64,000 nucleotides of DNA from IMG/VR virus record IMGVR_UViG_3300024255_000006, positions 71,243 through 135,242 of that record; one strand, 5' to 3'. Positions 11,101-22,000 of the stretch are shown one piece after another. Each line of letters opens with the position of its first letter. Positions within the stretch are counted from its first letter, which is position 1. Source of the DNA: a virus. The translations under genes were made by a program, and so were the position numbers. The notes under the pieces were generated by a model that saw only the letters and a program-made list of their open reading frames with translations, was not told the origin of the DNA and did not search any database.

Positions 11101-13341
11101 AGTCCTCAGTTGCCTGGTGGAACTACTGCTACTGGATCTCTAGGAGTTTCTGGTGGTAATCTATACAACTCAGAAGTTTCTATTGCAGGATCTGGATATA
11201 CCAGCGCACCATCTATTGTTATCAATGGAACTGGTTCTGGAAATGCTGGCGGTGAAGTTCAATCTTTCATCACTATCGATACTCCAGCAGTAAGAATGGG
11301 TGTAGCAACAAATGACGAGGGTGAATCACCAATCTCTACTCAGTTCATGTTTGATTATCCTGTATATCTACAGAATGATACCGAATATGCATTTGTTGTA
11401 GAAACAGATTCTCCAACATATGAAGTTTGGGCATCTGAAGTTGGTGCTGCATCTGGATCTGGTACTGTTACACCTATTTCTGGTCTTGGATCTGTATTCA
11501 GATCTCAGAACGTTGATAGTTGGACAGAAGATCTCAGAGAAGATATCAAGTTCCAAATGCTTCGTGCTGAATTTGATATTTCAAGAACAGCATCTCTACT
11601 CTTGTCTAACACTCCAATTGGTTATGAAACCATGGATACCGATCCAATTAGAACAAGTAGTGAATCTAATAGCAGTGCGACTCTAAAGAGATTTAGAGGT
11701 AACAATAACTACGTCCAAGTCACACATAGAGATCATGGACTTGAGGATGCATCAAAGTCATATGCATTCTTCAAAGCACTAACACAAAGTGGTGGAGTTT
11801 CTGCATCTACATTGAACACGACATTGTTCCAAGTAGAAAATGCTGGCGTTGATACTTTTAATATTGCATCTCCAACCAAAGCAAGTTCTAGTGATATCGC
11901 TGGTGGGTCTGCTGGTTTAATTTCTACTAACAGAAAATTTGAAAAACTATTCGCTCAAATTGGATACCTCTCATTCCCAGAGACTACTTTAAACAGTTCA
12001 GTTAAGACTACTAATGTAGTTCCTGTAGATAATGGTGCTGTTAATTATGTTTCTTATTCTCAATCTGATTATGAGAAGACATTTATTGGTCAAGAGCATT
12101 TCTTCATTAATCAGAAGGTTGTTGCTTCGAGAGTAAATGAACTGTATAACGACATCTCAAATTCCCTTGTTTATAAAGTAGACCTTGGATCCACAACTTC
12201 TAATCTGTCTCCGCTGATTGACTTGAGAACCAGTTCTGTTAAGACTATTTCAAACAGAATTGAAAATGCTACTGGTAAAGAATCTAGATTCGGTAGAAGA
12301 AATCAAATTCTTGAGTTCTACAAAATCTTTACGTTTACCGTTGCAGGCAACTCTGGTAATGCTATTGATGTTGGACAGACAGTTGATTCAACAACCAACA
12401 CTACAACATCTGAAGTAGCTGGTCTTCAGGGAGGAAGTGGAAAAGTCCTTGCGTTTGATTCAAGCACAAACAGTGTTACAGTTCAATTGAGAAGTGCTGG
12501 TCAATTCAAAGCGACTGAATCTCTCACGTTCTCATCACAAACTGCTTTGACGGGAGTTACTATTTCTAACTCAGGACCACAAGAGCTAGTCCCATCATTT
12601 ACATTGAACACTGTTCTAAACGGTTATAACGTAAATGAAAATGCTTCTACTGCAGATGACGAACTATACTTAGACAAGATCAGTGGTAAGATTATTGATT
12701 GGGATGTTAACAACCAACAATTGGTAGTCTTCAATGATAAGAATCCTATCAATGATAACTATAATGCTGCTGTGACTGGAGGATCTGTATATACAAGAAA
12801 TTCAGATCCATCTGCTCAGCAATCAGATATCTTACGTGTTGGAGATTATGTGCAGTATACAGGTCAAATTGCAAATACTGAAGATTGGTGGGAAGTTCGT
12901 AAAGTTACTTTCCAAGAGGGTATTTCTTTTGTACCTGAAGATAGATCTTCAAATACCTCTGGTATTGCTAAGTATCTAACTAAGGAAATTAGTTTGGATA
13001 ACCCAGGAACTAGCATTGATGTTAAGTTGACTGCTAACGTCAGAGACATCAAGAATCTCAAGATTCTGTACAAGATTAGAGAATCTTCCAGTGAAGTTAA
13101 CTTTGAAAATATTGAGTGGAAATACTTTAATGTGAATGGATCTCCAGATATCACTCTGGAGGCTTCAGCAGAAAATGAAATCTCAGGTCTCTTTGAAAAA
13201 CAAGAATCTTATCAAGAGATTCCATTTAGTATTTCTGATCTACCAGAATTCAGTTCTTTCGCAGTCAAAGTTGTTATGCAGTCTGATAACCCAGCATATG
13301 TTCCAAAAGTTCAAGATCTAAGAGCAGTTGCTTCATTCTGA
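5191..13341 (+). CDS. Large virion structural protein, DUF4815-type (baseplate/fibre-associated), 2716 aa
   Basis: The N-terminus MPQKTNLNVSPYYDDYD..NFYRVLFRPGYAIQARELTQLQSILQNQIE and the motifs ETLARRTYDESGDY and RLKSGFVVDNF are characteristic of this T4-like cyanophage family, and the position after gp8 fits. Confidence 0.8.
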   Translation: MPQKTNLNVSPYYDDYDAKRNFYRVLFRPGYAIQARELTQLQSILQNQIESIGRRQFKQGDLVIPGEVGLNNKLDYVKLSSVSEVAISEGNSVVYKKYDISLLVDQTLRGITSGVTGTVITTRYATESSSDTIYVNYTSSGNANNESTFRQGETLEVVDGVNTPLLVVGTDGSVLPTSVTTTDPDTGIETSQSSSAVGFASAVKVEEGIYFVNGHFVRNDEDLIILDAYTNSPSAKVGFKISESLATPEEDNTLYDQARGFANFSAPGAHRLLIKLNLEKYDLDASTDSNFIQLVSVKKGAVQRKIKAADYNIIEETLARRTYDESGDYVVEDFPSEIREYYQRNGNRGLYSKNTETDLVNGLDESSAAEKLILSLGAGKAYIKGYEIVNKEAKYLTLNKSRESLERDNITLKHTGLSSYYLTNVYNTVPLNSFDAELTAFPSLYLNKVFSDGSIGQNNSEASTSQKQTRSRRTSTFDSDQAIKTVLIDITTTATGKTFADLNDSTFESTFGSFFVRLSSQSNDTKEITSLAFSKFNGTTFLGAGQYVEFTFVGRRDIIDTILKEYNDNDAVDKRTKLFFTENGAESSDSTDIFGKIVSYSETIVPTIGLAKPKNMVLQERGSGFDPNSDRILSKGRIGSTGVYNTTFKMSYFNPVFLTKILLDSEIPSGQFQTGKYVSGTRSGAYGVIEGSPNGYLTSGNRIYLKVISGEFQQGETIVDEAGNSLRIATENTISHFIVDNRGINYGGLSAAVIDGVTYDPSVVGVDIDPSTGVYKLNVRKRALLANRYAQPPSVVISTTSTQFNSANAAVVRAILFKNVIETYTPQNVKSMWARFGVAPQGASAPNLFTSDVELSRTSYIDSTTVTDFTFSGNQGEQYLECTGFGGDASKFLTQGDLVQFSDANNNVVQAIVQLATKPEGTKKSRIYLDSLVPEDVSASTVLRVRPQINNASKSTLIFPTGSKQIRSLVKNSDDTAIKMYQRRDFVLDSSAAGGNITFRAQLEFGTQKFVNFTEDNFVLSVLDKGNATSVETGDIVYVPEDQVTVASSTDSTTGLTAGSVTVTLPANYFGALSGGSIYPKLKLSATLEVTKARPRLKTVVRNKQILIKPTGDRILPFRGQDINAAEINTISYADAFKVNYIYEGSPTSAPEVDSSGKLINGTDVTNRFNFDNGQRDTLYDVSRIVLKPGFENPTGQILISFDYFDHSQGDFCVVDSYLHEAGVPADEIPQFNSSVYGVTNLRDVIDFRPKVDSEATVTGFQDQSIFANSIFNNFTGDSGVVSSCPASDSNLPWTISFYQNQYLDRIDGLFLNKKGEFIIKEGNSSLNPSKPEMVDDAIVLAYIYIPAYTSKSTDVRIVPVDNRRFTMRDIGKLEKRVERLEYYTLLSVLEQQALNMQIKDQSGFERLKSGFVVDNFETHKVGNLASEDYKCSIDTKQSVLRPQAREDSLELQEVNTTNDQRVVSGYQRSGDVITLPYTNLTLIENPFATKTIKPNPFVVVQYVGDASLDAPVDSWYENTDAPLITDNNAQTYTIFLAKDNVREAYSSLYNSYRVNWVGSDDSFFNIGSLSDINSDQVSSTVKIASVGSSSNISPQNHETGQGLKTKLVGDSAVATSLQQFCRSKVLKFTIRRMKANTKIYPFIEGRDISRWTCPDLRFSGMSGNSLGTFGGELVTDSAGNASGIIIFPNGLPPVEGSTWNNYLFNVQYDTNGEELQFTVGEKTIRFTSSATDELKENVTTFTEVKYYPTGVTPRNPASIISTLPAEFKSNEGKQIVDTDTQTKKNPSPLTQTFKVENMDGGCFVTGINLFFNKKDSKVPVRTYLTSTESGKPGKFIVPGTVKTVDSETKLKVFISQDGSVEIGEIVTGNTSGASGPVYKIFDRTNTEVLPGTGNKIPLSADQVYTLILSNNNGSSFQKAETLEVPSLTLANNTNNTSITLTIARDSGKLTDLKVISKGSNYDTASMTIESPQLPGGTTATGSLGVSGGNLYNSEVSIAGSGYTSAPSIVINGTGSGNAGGEVQSFITIDTPAVRMGVATNDEGESPISTQFMFDYPVYLQNDTEYAFVVETDSPTYEVWASEVGAASGSGTVTPISGLGSVFRSQNVDSWTEDLREDIKFQMLRAEFDISRTASLLLSNTPIGYETMDTDPIRTSSESNSSATLKRFRGNNNYVQVTHRDHGLEDASKSYAFFKALTQSGGVSASTLNTTLFQVENAGVDTFNIASPTKASSSDIAGGSAGLISTNRKFEKLFAQIGYLSFPETTLNSSVKTTNVVPVDNGAVNYVSYSQSDYEKTFIGQEHFFINQKVVASRVNELYNDISNSLVYKVDLGSTTSNLSPLIDLRTSSVKTISNRIENATGKESRFGRRNQILEFYKIFTFTVAGNSGNAIDVGQTVDSTTNTTTSEVAGLQGGSGKVLAFDSSTNSVTVQLRSAGQFKATESLTFSSQTALTGVTISNSGPQELVPSFTLNTVLNGYNVNENASTADDELYLDKISGKIIDWDVNNQQLVVFNDKNPINDNYNAAVTGGSVYTRNSDPSAQQSDILRVGDYVQYTGQIANTEDWWEVRKVTFQEGISFVPEDRSSNTSGIAKYLTKEISLDNPGTSIDVKLTANVRDIKNLKILYKIRESSSEVNFENIEWKYFNVNGSPDITLEASAENEISGLFEKQESYQEIPFSISDLPEFSSFAVKVVMQSDNPAYVPKVQDLRAVASF

Positions 13342-13553
13342 TGAATTATATACAAGTAGATGGTGAGGACGGACTCTTTAGAGATCCGTCCACTGGTGCT
13401 ATTATCAATCGCGATAAGAAAGCATTTGATCAGGTCCGTGCTTCTAGAATGAAATCTATATTAGCGGATGCTGAAATTCAGGAACTTAGAGACGAGGTAT
13501 CAGAACTAAAGCATCTTGTACATGCTATAATAAATAGGTCAGATCATGCATGA
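13341..13553 (+). CDS. Conserved small hypothetical protein (C-terminal coiled coil)
   Basis: TGATG overlap with the upstream gene; L.RDP.TGAIIN motif typical of the small gene following DUF4815 proteins. Confidence 0.65.
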   Translation: MNYIQVDGEDGLFRDPSTGAIINRDKKAFDQVRASRMKSILADAEIQELRDEVSELKHLVHAIINRSDHA

Positions 13554-13556
13554 CTT

Positions 13557-13793
13557 ATGGAAACTACAAAATTAAAATCAGAATTTGAACAGCAAATCAA
13601 AGATGCTAATGAGCGTATTGCAAAATCCGAGGCTGAACTTGTACGCCTGAAAGAATACCGTACTAAACTACAAGGTGGTCTTGAAACTATTGCTCTGTTA
13701 GAGGAAGGTGTGTCTGAAGAAGAAGCGCCGAGTCAACCAGAAGTTTCTTCCGTTTCTCCCGAAATTTCTCCAGAATCAGTAGCATTTCAATAA
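13557..13793 (+). CDS. Small coiled-coil hypothetical protein
   Basis: ORF track; preceded by AATAAATA (13529-13536); heptad pattern ...KLQGGLETIALL. Confidence 0.65.
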   Translation: METTKLKSEFEQQIKDANERIAKSEAELVRLKEYRTKLQGGLETIALLEEGVSEEEAPSQPEVSSVSPEISPESVAFQ

Positions 13794-13801
13794 TAACTTC
13801 G

Positions 13802-13832
13802 CCCTTCACTAAATAGTGAGGGGTTTTATTTT
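13802..13832 (+). terminator. Intrinsic terminator whose stem-loop contains a late promoter (CTAAATA)
   Basis: CCCTTCACT-AAAT-AGTGAGGGG followed by TTTTATTTT. Confidence 0.8.
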
Positions 13833-13838
13833 AGTCTG

Positions 13839-14174
13839 ATGGCGGCAATTCCAATTAATTTAATTTGTGAGAAAGGAACGGATTTCACAGCAACATTCAA
13901 TATTCAGAATGAAGCTAACACAACTCCGCTAAATCTCACTGGATATACTGCTGTCGCTAAGTTGAAAAAGAGTTACTACTCTTCAACCTCTACCGATTTT
14001 GCTGTTGGTTTTCCAGATAGGTATAACGGTCAACTTTCAATTACGTTATCTAATACTGTTACTATAGGATTAGATCCTAGAAGATATGTTTATGATATTT
14101 TGTTGACTGCTCCATCTGGATCAAAATCTAGAGTTATTGAAGGTATTATCGAAATTACACCTGGAGTTTCCTGA
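13839..14174 (+). CDS. Small virion structural protein (BppU-N-like / fibre adaptor)
   Basis: KGTDF.ATF...LNLTGYT...K....YVYDILLT.PSG.KSRVIEG.I...PGVS pattern common in cyanophage tail modules. Confidence 0.6.
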   Translation: MAAIPINLICEKGTDFTATFNIQNEANTTPLNLTGYTAVAKLKKSYYSSTSTDFAVGFPDRYNGQLSITLSNTVTIGLDPRRYVYDILLTAPSGSKSRVIEGIIEITPGVS

Positions 14175-14878
14175 TGCCCACATATAACGTATCAGTACAA
14201 AACTCTAATTACAACGTTCTCTCTGAACCACAGAAGAACTATGCGATTGGAGTTACGTATGATATTCCAGCAAAATACTTACAGAACAATAACATTGTTC
14301 TTGATGATGTTACTGGACAGTTTAATGGTGTTCAAACTGCGTTTAATCTAACTAATAATAATGCGGCGTATACACCAACTGATTCCAGTCAACTGATTGT
14401 ATCTGTTAATGGCGCTATTCAGCACCCTGGTGTTGACTACAGTGTGAGCGGTTCACAAATTATCTTAACTCAAGCACCACAAATTGGTGATAAGATTTTC
14501 ATTATTGCTCTAGCAACAACTGCAGATCTTACTAGAACAATTAATTTTGTTCATAGTAGTGGATCATTCGATATGAACTTGGGAGATAAGGGAGAAGTTA
14601 CCTTAGACGTAACTGGTCTTCTAGAGTCTTGGGTTTTAACTGCAGACACTTCAGGTGTCCTAGCTATAAACGTAGAGAAATGTACTCTAAATGACTATCC
14701 CAATTTCCAGTCAATCTGTGGAACAGACAAACCAACTATACTAAATAGTGTGAAAGGGTCGAACGATAATCTAACTGCATGGACAAAAGAAATCATTGCT
14801 GGCGATATTATTAGAGTCAGTGTTGATCAAGTGTCCAACATCAGAAGATTTATGTTGGGCATGAAACTTCTCCTCTGA
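14174..14878 (+). CDS. Virion structural protein (baseplate/fibre module)
   Basis: LDD...QFNG..TAF.L...LIVSVNG.IQHPG.DY...GSQI....AP wedge module; TGATG coupling. Confidence 0.6.
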   Translation: MPTYNVSVQNSNYNVLSEPQKNYAIGVTYDIPAKYLQNNNIVLDDVTGQFNGVQTAFNLTNNNAAYTPTDSSQLIVSVNGAIQHPGVDYSVSGSQIILTQAPQIGDKIFIIALATTADLTRTINFVHSSGSFDMNLGDKGEVTLDVTGLLESWVLTADTSGVLAINVEKCTLNDYPNFQSICGTDKPTILNSVKGSNDNLTAWTKEIIAGDIIRVSVDQVSNIRRFMLGMKLLL

Positions 14879-14909
14879 TAAATATAGAGGGTCGCATATT
14901 TTATAAATA
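14877..14909 (+). promoter_or_regulatory. Late promoters GATAAATA (14877-14884) and TATAAATA (14902-14909)
   Basis: Consensus matches in the intergenic region upstream of 14946. Confidence 0.75.
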
Positions 14910-14945
14910 AACTTAAGCAAGCAACACACTTTGGAGAACAACTAA

Positions 14946-15947
14946 ATGGCACTTCTAGTACCTGATATCGGAGAACTAGAATCACTTCGATACCTAATCA
15001 ATGCAAATAATCATGTCCCTTCAAGGGAAGACAATGCTCCTAGGGATTTGATTCTAAAGCTTTACGTAAGTAACACCACTCCTGCTGAGGGTGATGTTCC
15101 TTCACAAACTGCTTACTTTGAGCCTTACAATGCAGCAGGTACTCTAGGTTATGGTACTAATCCAGTTACCAACTACCCTGCTTGTGTTAATAACAGAACC
15201 GAAACACGCTATGATTATACCGATCAGTACGGTATTCTTCTAAACGGTTCTCGTTGGACTATCGCTACATCTGGCGGTACTACAACTGCTTCATACCCAG
15301 AGCAAACATTCACATTCTCTGGTCCTGCTGGTAACGTATATGGTTACTACATCGTAAGAGCAAACAACATGCCTATCGATGTCCAAGGTGTTGCTGACGC
15401 TGCTACTGCTGCAAGTGCTACTCAGATTATTAAGGGTACAACCGCTGATCCTTGTATCGGTGTTATTGGTAATAGTTTCATCACCCTTCCAAACGTTGCT
15501 AACGTAATGGATAACGTTACTAACGGAATGGTTGTTGGTGGTAACACTGGTGTTCCTGCAAATACCGTCATTCAGGGTGTTGATCGTGCAACTCGTGTGA
15601 TTTATCTATCGAACAATCTCACTGCGAACATTGAAGCTCTGACTGATCCCGATATTACTCTAGACTACTCACAGGTTGCGACTGGTGCTAATGCTCACGG
15701 TCTCCAGCCTGGTGATGTTATCTACGTAGAGCGTGGTACTGGTAATACAACCACAACTGCTGGAACATATGTAGTTCATACAGCTCCTTCTGGAACTACC
15801 TTCACCACGACACCTGCCCTCGATGGTTCTGGTTCATTGTCTCTCTACAGCAGCATCATGTTTGCTGAGAGATTCACCAATGGTCCATACCCAATTCAGA
15901 ACAATGGTGACCAAATTAAGGTAACCCTCAACATCAGCCTCGACTGA
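14946..15947 (+). CDS. Conserved cyanophage virion structural protein
   Basis: MALLVPDIGELESLRYL...LKLY..N.TP and C-terminal FAERFTNGPY.IQNNGDQIKVTLNISLD; highly expressed-type codon usage. Confidence 0.65.
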   Translation: MALLVPDIGELESLRYLINANNHVPSREDNAPRDLILKLYVSNTTPAEGDVPSQTAYFEPYNAAGTLGYGTNPVTNYPACVNNRTETRYDYTDQYGILLNGSRWTIATSGGTTTASYPEQTFTFSGPAGNVYGYYIVRANNMPIDVQGVADAATAASATQIIKGTTADPCIGVIGNSFITLPNVANVMDNVTNGMVVGGNTGVPANTVIQGVDRATRVIYLSNNLTANIEALTDPDITLDYSQVATGANAHGLQPGDVIYVERGTGNTTTTAGTYVVHTAPSGTTFTTTPALDGSGSLSLYSSIMFAERFTNGPYPIQNNGDQIKVTLNISLD

Positions 15948-15981
15948 TATTATTGAGATCATTCTTAATACTTTATAATGG

Positions 15982-16004
15982 AAGGGGGGTTTAGACCCCC
16001 CTTT
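15982..16004 (+). terminator. Probable intrinsic terminator
   Basis: AAGGGGGGT-TTAG-ACCCCCCTT hairpin followed by a short T run. Confidence 0.65.
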
Positions 16005-16030
16005 GTGCTGTAGATGCATACATATGGAGT

Positions 16031-19000
16031 ATGAGCGTAATTTACATCTACAATTCGTCCACTGTTAACCTGTTCGTCACCGAAGATCTTGGATCGATTA
16101 CATCGACTCCAACCACGGAAGACTACGGGTCCATTTCTGCTGCTCATACTCAAGAAGAAAATTATTACGAAGTTCAGTACGTTGGAGATGTAACGCCGTT
16201 TGGAACAGCGACCATTGGCGGATCTGCAAATGCTGTAAAACAAAACGTTTATCAATTCGCATCTATAGGAAGATTCAGATTCATCTTCCAAGAAGCGTCA
16301 TCATTCCTCATTCATGCATGGATTGGTAGTGGATCTCTATTCGAGATCGGAGGAGGACTAGAAAGAATTGTTGCTCCATACTTAGGAGCGGATCCGTTAG
16401 GGGGTATCACCCTATTCAACACATCTGGTAGTGCTGAGGAGTCCTTCAGCACTATCTACAATATCGAGGACACTACGACCCTTTCGACGGAAGACTATGG
16501 ATCAGTCTCCGTTGGAGGGTCTTCTGTCGATTATGGGCAGGTCAATACCTACACTACTGCTCAACTAGAGTATGGAACTGTTAGCGACGTATTTGCAGTT
16601 CCGTATGAAGGAACTATTAGCATTACTGGTTCTGGAGAGGAATCCTTTACTGAGTCTGGATATGTAGGAACTGGATCCTATGGAGGATTCTCTGGTTCTG
16701 CATTTAACAGTATTCCTAGAAGATATGAAGGATCTGGATCTCTATTCTCTGTTGGTGGTGGAGAAGAACAAAACGCATATCGCTGGGTATCACTTACACC
16801 TGTTATCAAACTTACAGGTGGAACATCATCAACAAATAGTTTTAGACCTCAAGGTCCCATCTATATCGAAGGTGGTGCTGATTCATGTGCTGCTTTCAGA
16901 AATGTTTCTACAGGATCTCTATTTGGATTCTCTGGAGGAGATGAATCGGTAACTAGAGATTATGATGAGGATAATGTACTCGTCTTTAGCACTCAGGATT
17001 ATGGTTCTGTATCTGCTTCCGCTACAACAACTGCAGATTATGGATCAGTAACATCTATCGCTACTGAGTATAGTGATTTTGGATCTGTTATTTACGGTCA
17101 AACAGCGTATTCAACTACAGGTGGATTTACTCTATCTGGTTCCGCAGATGTACAGTTCATTACGAAACGAGAGTTTACTGGATCTGGATCTCTATTTGCA
17201 ATTGGCGGCGAAGCAAACTCCTTCATTCCAAATTGGGTCGCTACTGGACTATTTGGAATTACAGGATCATCAACATCCAGAGTATTCAGAGAGTATGAAT
17301 CCTTAGGTGCTCTAATTACATCTGGTGGTGAAGCAAATAGTCTAACTGTAGTATATAACGACAATATCAATATACAGTTTGTAACAGAAGACAGAGGACT
17401 TATTACTTCTGCTGTTACAACTTCAGAAGATTTAGGTGTAGTTACTCAAGACTCTACTTCTGTTGATAATGGTCAGGTAGTATTCTTAGGAGCACCATTT
17501 GGAGGAATGACTCTGAGTGGAACTGGCGATGGAGCGCCACTCAGAACGTTTGTATACGCAGGAACTGCATCTATTACTACGAGCGGAGCAGCTACCAAGT
17601 TTGCGTTTGTTCCTGGACCATGGAGAGGCGATGGTCTATTTGCGATCACAGGTGGGGATCAATATTCTAATCCAAGAGCGTTCCAAGGATTTGGTTCCCT
17701 ATTTTTGGGAGAACACTCGAACGAAAAAGCAACAAAGGATTACAGCGATTCAATTATCGATGTATTCTCTACAGAAGACAGAGGACTTGTTTCTGTATCC
17801 GCTACATCAACAGAAGATCAAGGTCTTGTTACTAACAATCCAGCACTATCAGACCTTGGATCTATTTCAAGATCTCAGACTGATGTTGCTGCTACTGCAA
17901 ATATCGTTGTTAGTGGATCTGCAGTCACGGCAAATCCAAGGAAGATTTCTTACGTTGCAGTTGGAGGAGGAATTCTATTCAGTGTCTCTGGATCGAATCA
18001 AGTATTTGTACCAGAGTTTACTGGATCTGGTTCAATTTCTATATCTGCAAATTCTGTTCCCAACTTCAGTCTTGGATTTATTGGAAACTACACATTCAAT
18101 GTTGTTGGTGGAAATATCTCCGAAGAGATTACAAAAGACTACAGCAACGATCAGATTTCTTGGGATTTCTACCAAGAAACCGAATTTGGTACACTTACAA
18201 CAAATCCACAAGCACCAAGGGACAGCATTTATCCTGTTGGAGAATCTGCTGTATCACTACCAAACAGCACTCAAGACTTTGGATTAGTATTAGACACCAA
18301 TCTTGCAAGATATTATAACTTCGGTAGAGTTTCCATCACTGCTGATAGTCAGTCAGCAGCAGGAACATTTACATTCACTGGAACTGCAGTTCCAGAATAC
18401 AAACCAGAATTTGCTCAAACTGGTACTGGTCTATTCAGAATTACTGGTGTTGCTCCAAACTCATTCTTCCCAACTTGGAATGCATTCGGTACTCTGAATG
18501 TTACTGGTCAACCAATTTACAACTTCTCCCTATCAAACCCAGGAACAGGTTCTCTATTTGCAAATGGTATTAGTGGAGAAGCGATTACAAGTTCTTACAA
18601 CTTGTCTTCTATCGATAGCTTTACCATTGGTGATTTTGGACAAATTACAACTACTGCAGTTAACTCGACTGTTAGTTCGATTGTCACACCAAATAACACT
18701 CTATTCTTTAATCAGAACTCCAAGACTAATGTAGTCTTTTCTAATGGTGGAACGGGAATTGGTTCTTTCGGTGGATTCAACATTGGTGATCACCTAAGAT
18801 TTGGTCAGTCTACTAATGAAACTGATGTTGGAACAAGCAGATTTATTCTAACAAACACCTTCAATGATACCAGTAACTGGGAATCTCTCGATTTTAGAGT
18901 AATTCGTGGTAATAACGCCAATGGCGGAGAAAGACCAGATAGTGGAGAAGACCTAGTTCTCTATTTTAGGTCGCCTGATACTGCTGGAAATACATTCTTC

Positions 19001-22000
19001 AGAGTAGGGACTATTCTCGATAATAATTCTTCTAATGGTCAGAATTCTCCAATATGGAAAAGGTTAAATCTTCCTTCACTTGCAAGGGCACAAGGTGTTC
19101 AATTTGCAATCCGTTCTACAGGAACCTATTATGCTAGCCCTGAAGGATTCGACCATTATGGTCTGCAGCAAGTCAATGTTAACATAGGAGTTTCTGGATT
19201 TACTGATTATGAGTATGTAAATGAACTTGCAACCGAAGCAGAAGATTGGGGATCAATCTACTACGGTAATGAATCAAATGTTCCATTTGGTTTGTTCCGA
19301 ATTACTGGTGCTGCAGAAACCGCAGGTCTCAGTCGTCCAATTATTGTTGGATCTGGTGGTGTTACTCTCAGTGGAGATGCAGTCAAACAGTTTGCTCCGA
19401 ACTGGAACACAACAGGTCTATTTGCAATCTCTGGGTCTGCTGAAACTCCATACTCCTTACGCGAAATTTCTACAGGAACTCTATTCACGATTGGCGATAC
19501 ATCACATAGAGTTGTATTTGACTACAATATCGATTCAGATATTTCCTTTACTACTGAAGACAATGGATCTGTTGCAGTCAATGCGACATCTACAGAAGAT
19601 AATGGATCTCTTACTGCTCCTATCACTGGAGGGGAAGTTGATAATGGATATGTTGTATTCAACGCATCGAATAGTGATTCATTTGGTGGAATCACAATTA
19701 GTGGTTCAGTGGATGATGAATTCAAACCTGAGTTTGCTCAAACTAGTACTGGTCTCTTTGCGATCACAGGTATTGGTATTGACTCCTTCTTCCCCAACTG
19801 GAATGGATCTGGTGTTATCAATACTTCTGGTGGAGACGGATACAACTTCAGTCTTCTCCATCCTGGTTCTGGTACACTGTTCTCGAATGGTATCGCAGGA
19901 GAGGCGATTACCAATCACTATAATATTTCTTCTGCTGATATCTACAGCACGGTTGATTACGGTAACCTCACCACAGTTGCAACATCAACTGATGATTATC
20001 AGAGCATAACTGGTCCTGGTACTTCCGTCAATCTTGACTTTGGTAATGTTATTACTCAAGGTCAAACAAACGAACCATTTGGTCTATTCAGAATCACTGG
20101 TTCTGCACAAACAGCGAAGATTCTACGTGGTGTCGAATCTGGATCTGGTTCTCTATTCGCGATTGGTGGTGCAGTAGAAACATTCCATCTGGAATACACA
20201 ACTACAGGACTGTTCAGATTCTCTGGATCTGCTGTTCCAAAAGCAATTTTACGTAATATCTCCACAGGAACTTTATTCACTATTGGTGGAGCTGCAGAAG
20301 CAGTTGTATTTGATTACAATCAATCTTCTATTAATTCCTTTATCTCTACAGATAATGGTCTGGTATCTGCAACTGCAACATCGACGGAAGACCATGGATC
20401 TCTTGTCGGACCTATTACTGGTGGCGAAGTTGATAATGGATACGTCGTATTCAACGCTCTTACTGGTATTCCCTTCGGTTCTATCAATATCGGAAGTGAT
20501 GCTGAGTACGAATTTAAACCTGAGTTTGCACAGATTGGTACAGGTCTATTTGCGATTACTGGTCAAAGTATCAATTCGTTCTTACCCAACTGGAATGGAT
20601 CGGGTGTTATCAATACTTCTGGTGGAGACGATTACAACTTCAGTCTTCTACAGATTACGACTGGTGGTTTGTTTACCAACGGTATTGTTGGCGAAGCAGT
20701 TACCAAACATTATAACATCTCTTCTACTGATGTTTATAGTGCAGAAGATTACGGTTCTATTGCTACAACCGCAACAACAACTGAGGATTATGAATCAGTA
20801 ACCGATATCGGTACTTCCGTTAATCTTGACTTTGGTAATGTTATTACTCAAGGTCAAACAAACGAACCATTCGGATTATTCCAGATCAGCGGTGCTGCTG
20901 TTACAGCAGGTCTCAGAAAACCATCTTTCAACGGAAGTGGAGTTGCATTCGTATTCCGTAGTGCAACAGAGTCCTTCAGTCTTGAGTACACAACTACTGG
21001 TCTATTTGGATTCTCTGGATCTGCTGTTCCAAAAGCAATTTTACGCAATATCTCCACAGGAACTCTGTTCACTGTCGGTGGAGCTGCAGAAGCAATCGTT
21101 TACGACTACACCCAGTCATCGATTGCAGTATTTACTACCACAGATAACGGATCTGTTGTATCCAACGCTACATCAACTCAAGACCATGGATCTCTTGTCG
21201 GACCTATTACTGGCGGTGAAGTTGATAATGGATTCATTGTATTTAATGCAGCAACTGGAATTCCATTTGGTGGAATTACAATTGGATCTGCAGCAGATAC
21301 TGTATATGCACCAGAGTTTGGTCAGGTTGGAGACGGTCTCTTTGCGATTACAGGATTTGCAGAGGATCAGTTTATTCCAAACTGGGTTGGTTCTGGTGTT
21401 CTACAAACTTCAGGTGGAGACGGATACAACTTCAGTCTTCTACAAATTACAACTGGAGGACTGTTTGCGTTCGGTGGATCTGCAGAGGCAGCAGTTAAGC
21501 ATTACAACATCTCGTCTAGAGATATTTACAGCACTGTCGATCATGGAGCACTTACTACAACTCCAACTTCGACAGACGACTATCAGTCGGTAACTGATTC
21601 TAACACATCTTCTAATCTTGACTTCGGTAATCTTATTACTCAAGGTCAGACTAATGAACCATTTGGATTGTTCCAAATCAGTGGCGCTGCAGACACAGCA
21701 AAGATTCTCAATATTTCTTTTGTTGGATCTGGTTCTATATTCACTGCAAGTGGAGCTGCAGATTCTCTCACATCAAATCCTCCAGAGAATACAGTTCTAT
21801 TCACTTTTACTGGATCGACTGTACCAAACTTCTCGTTCAGTCAACCAGCAAATGCTTTCATCACACTCGATGTCGAGTCGGAAGAAAGAAGAGTATACGA
21901 TTACAACGAAGATACCGTTGTTACGTTTGGAACAGAAGATCTTGGTCTTATCAGCAATACTGCTACGACAACGGAAGACAACGGTCAACTTACAGATCCA

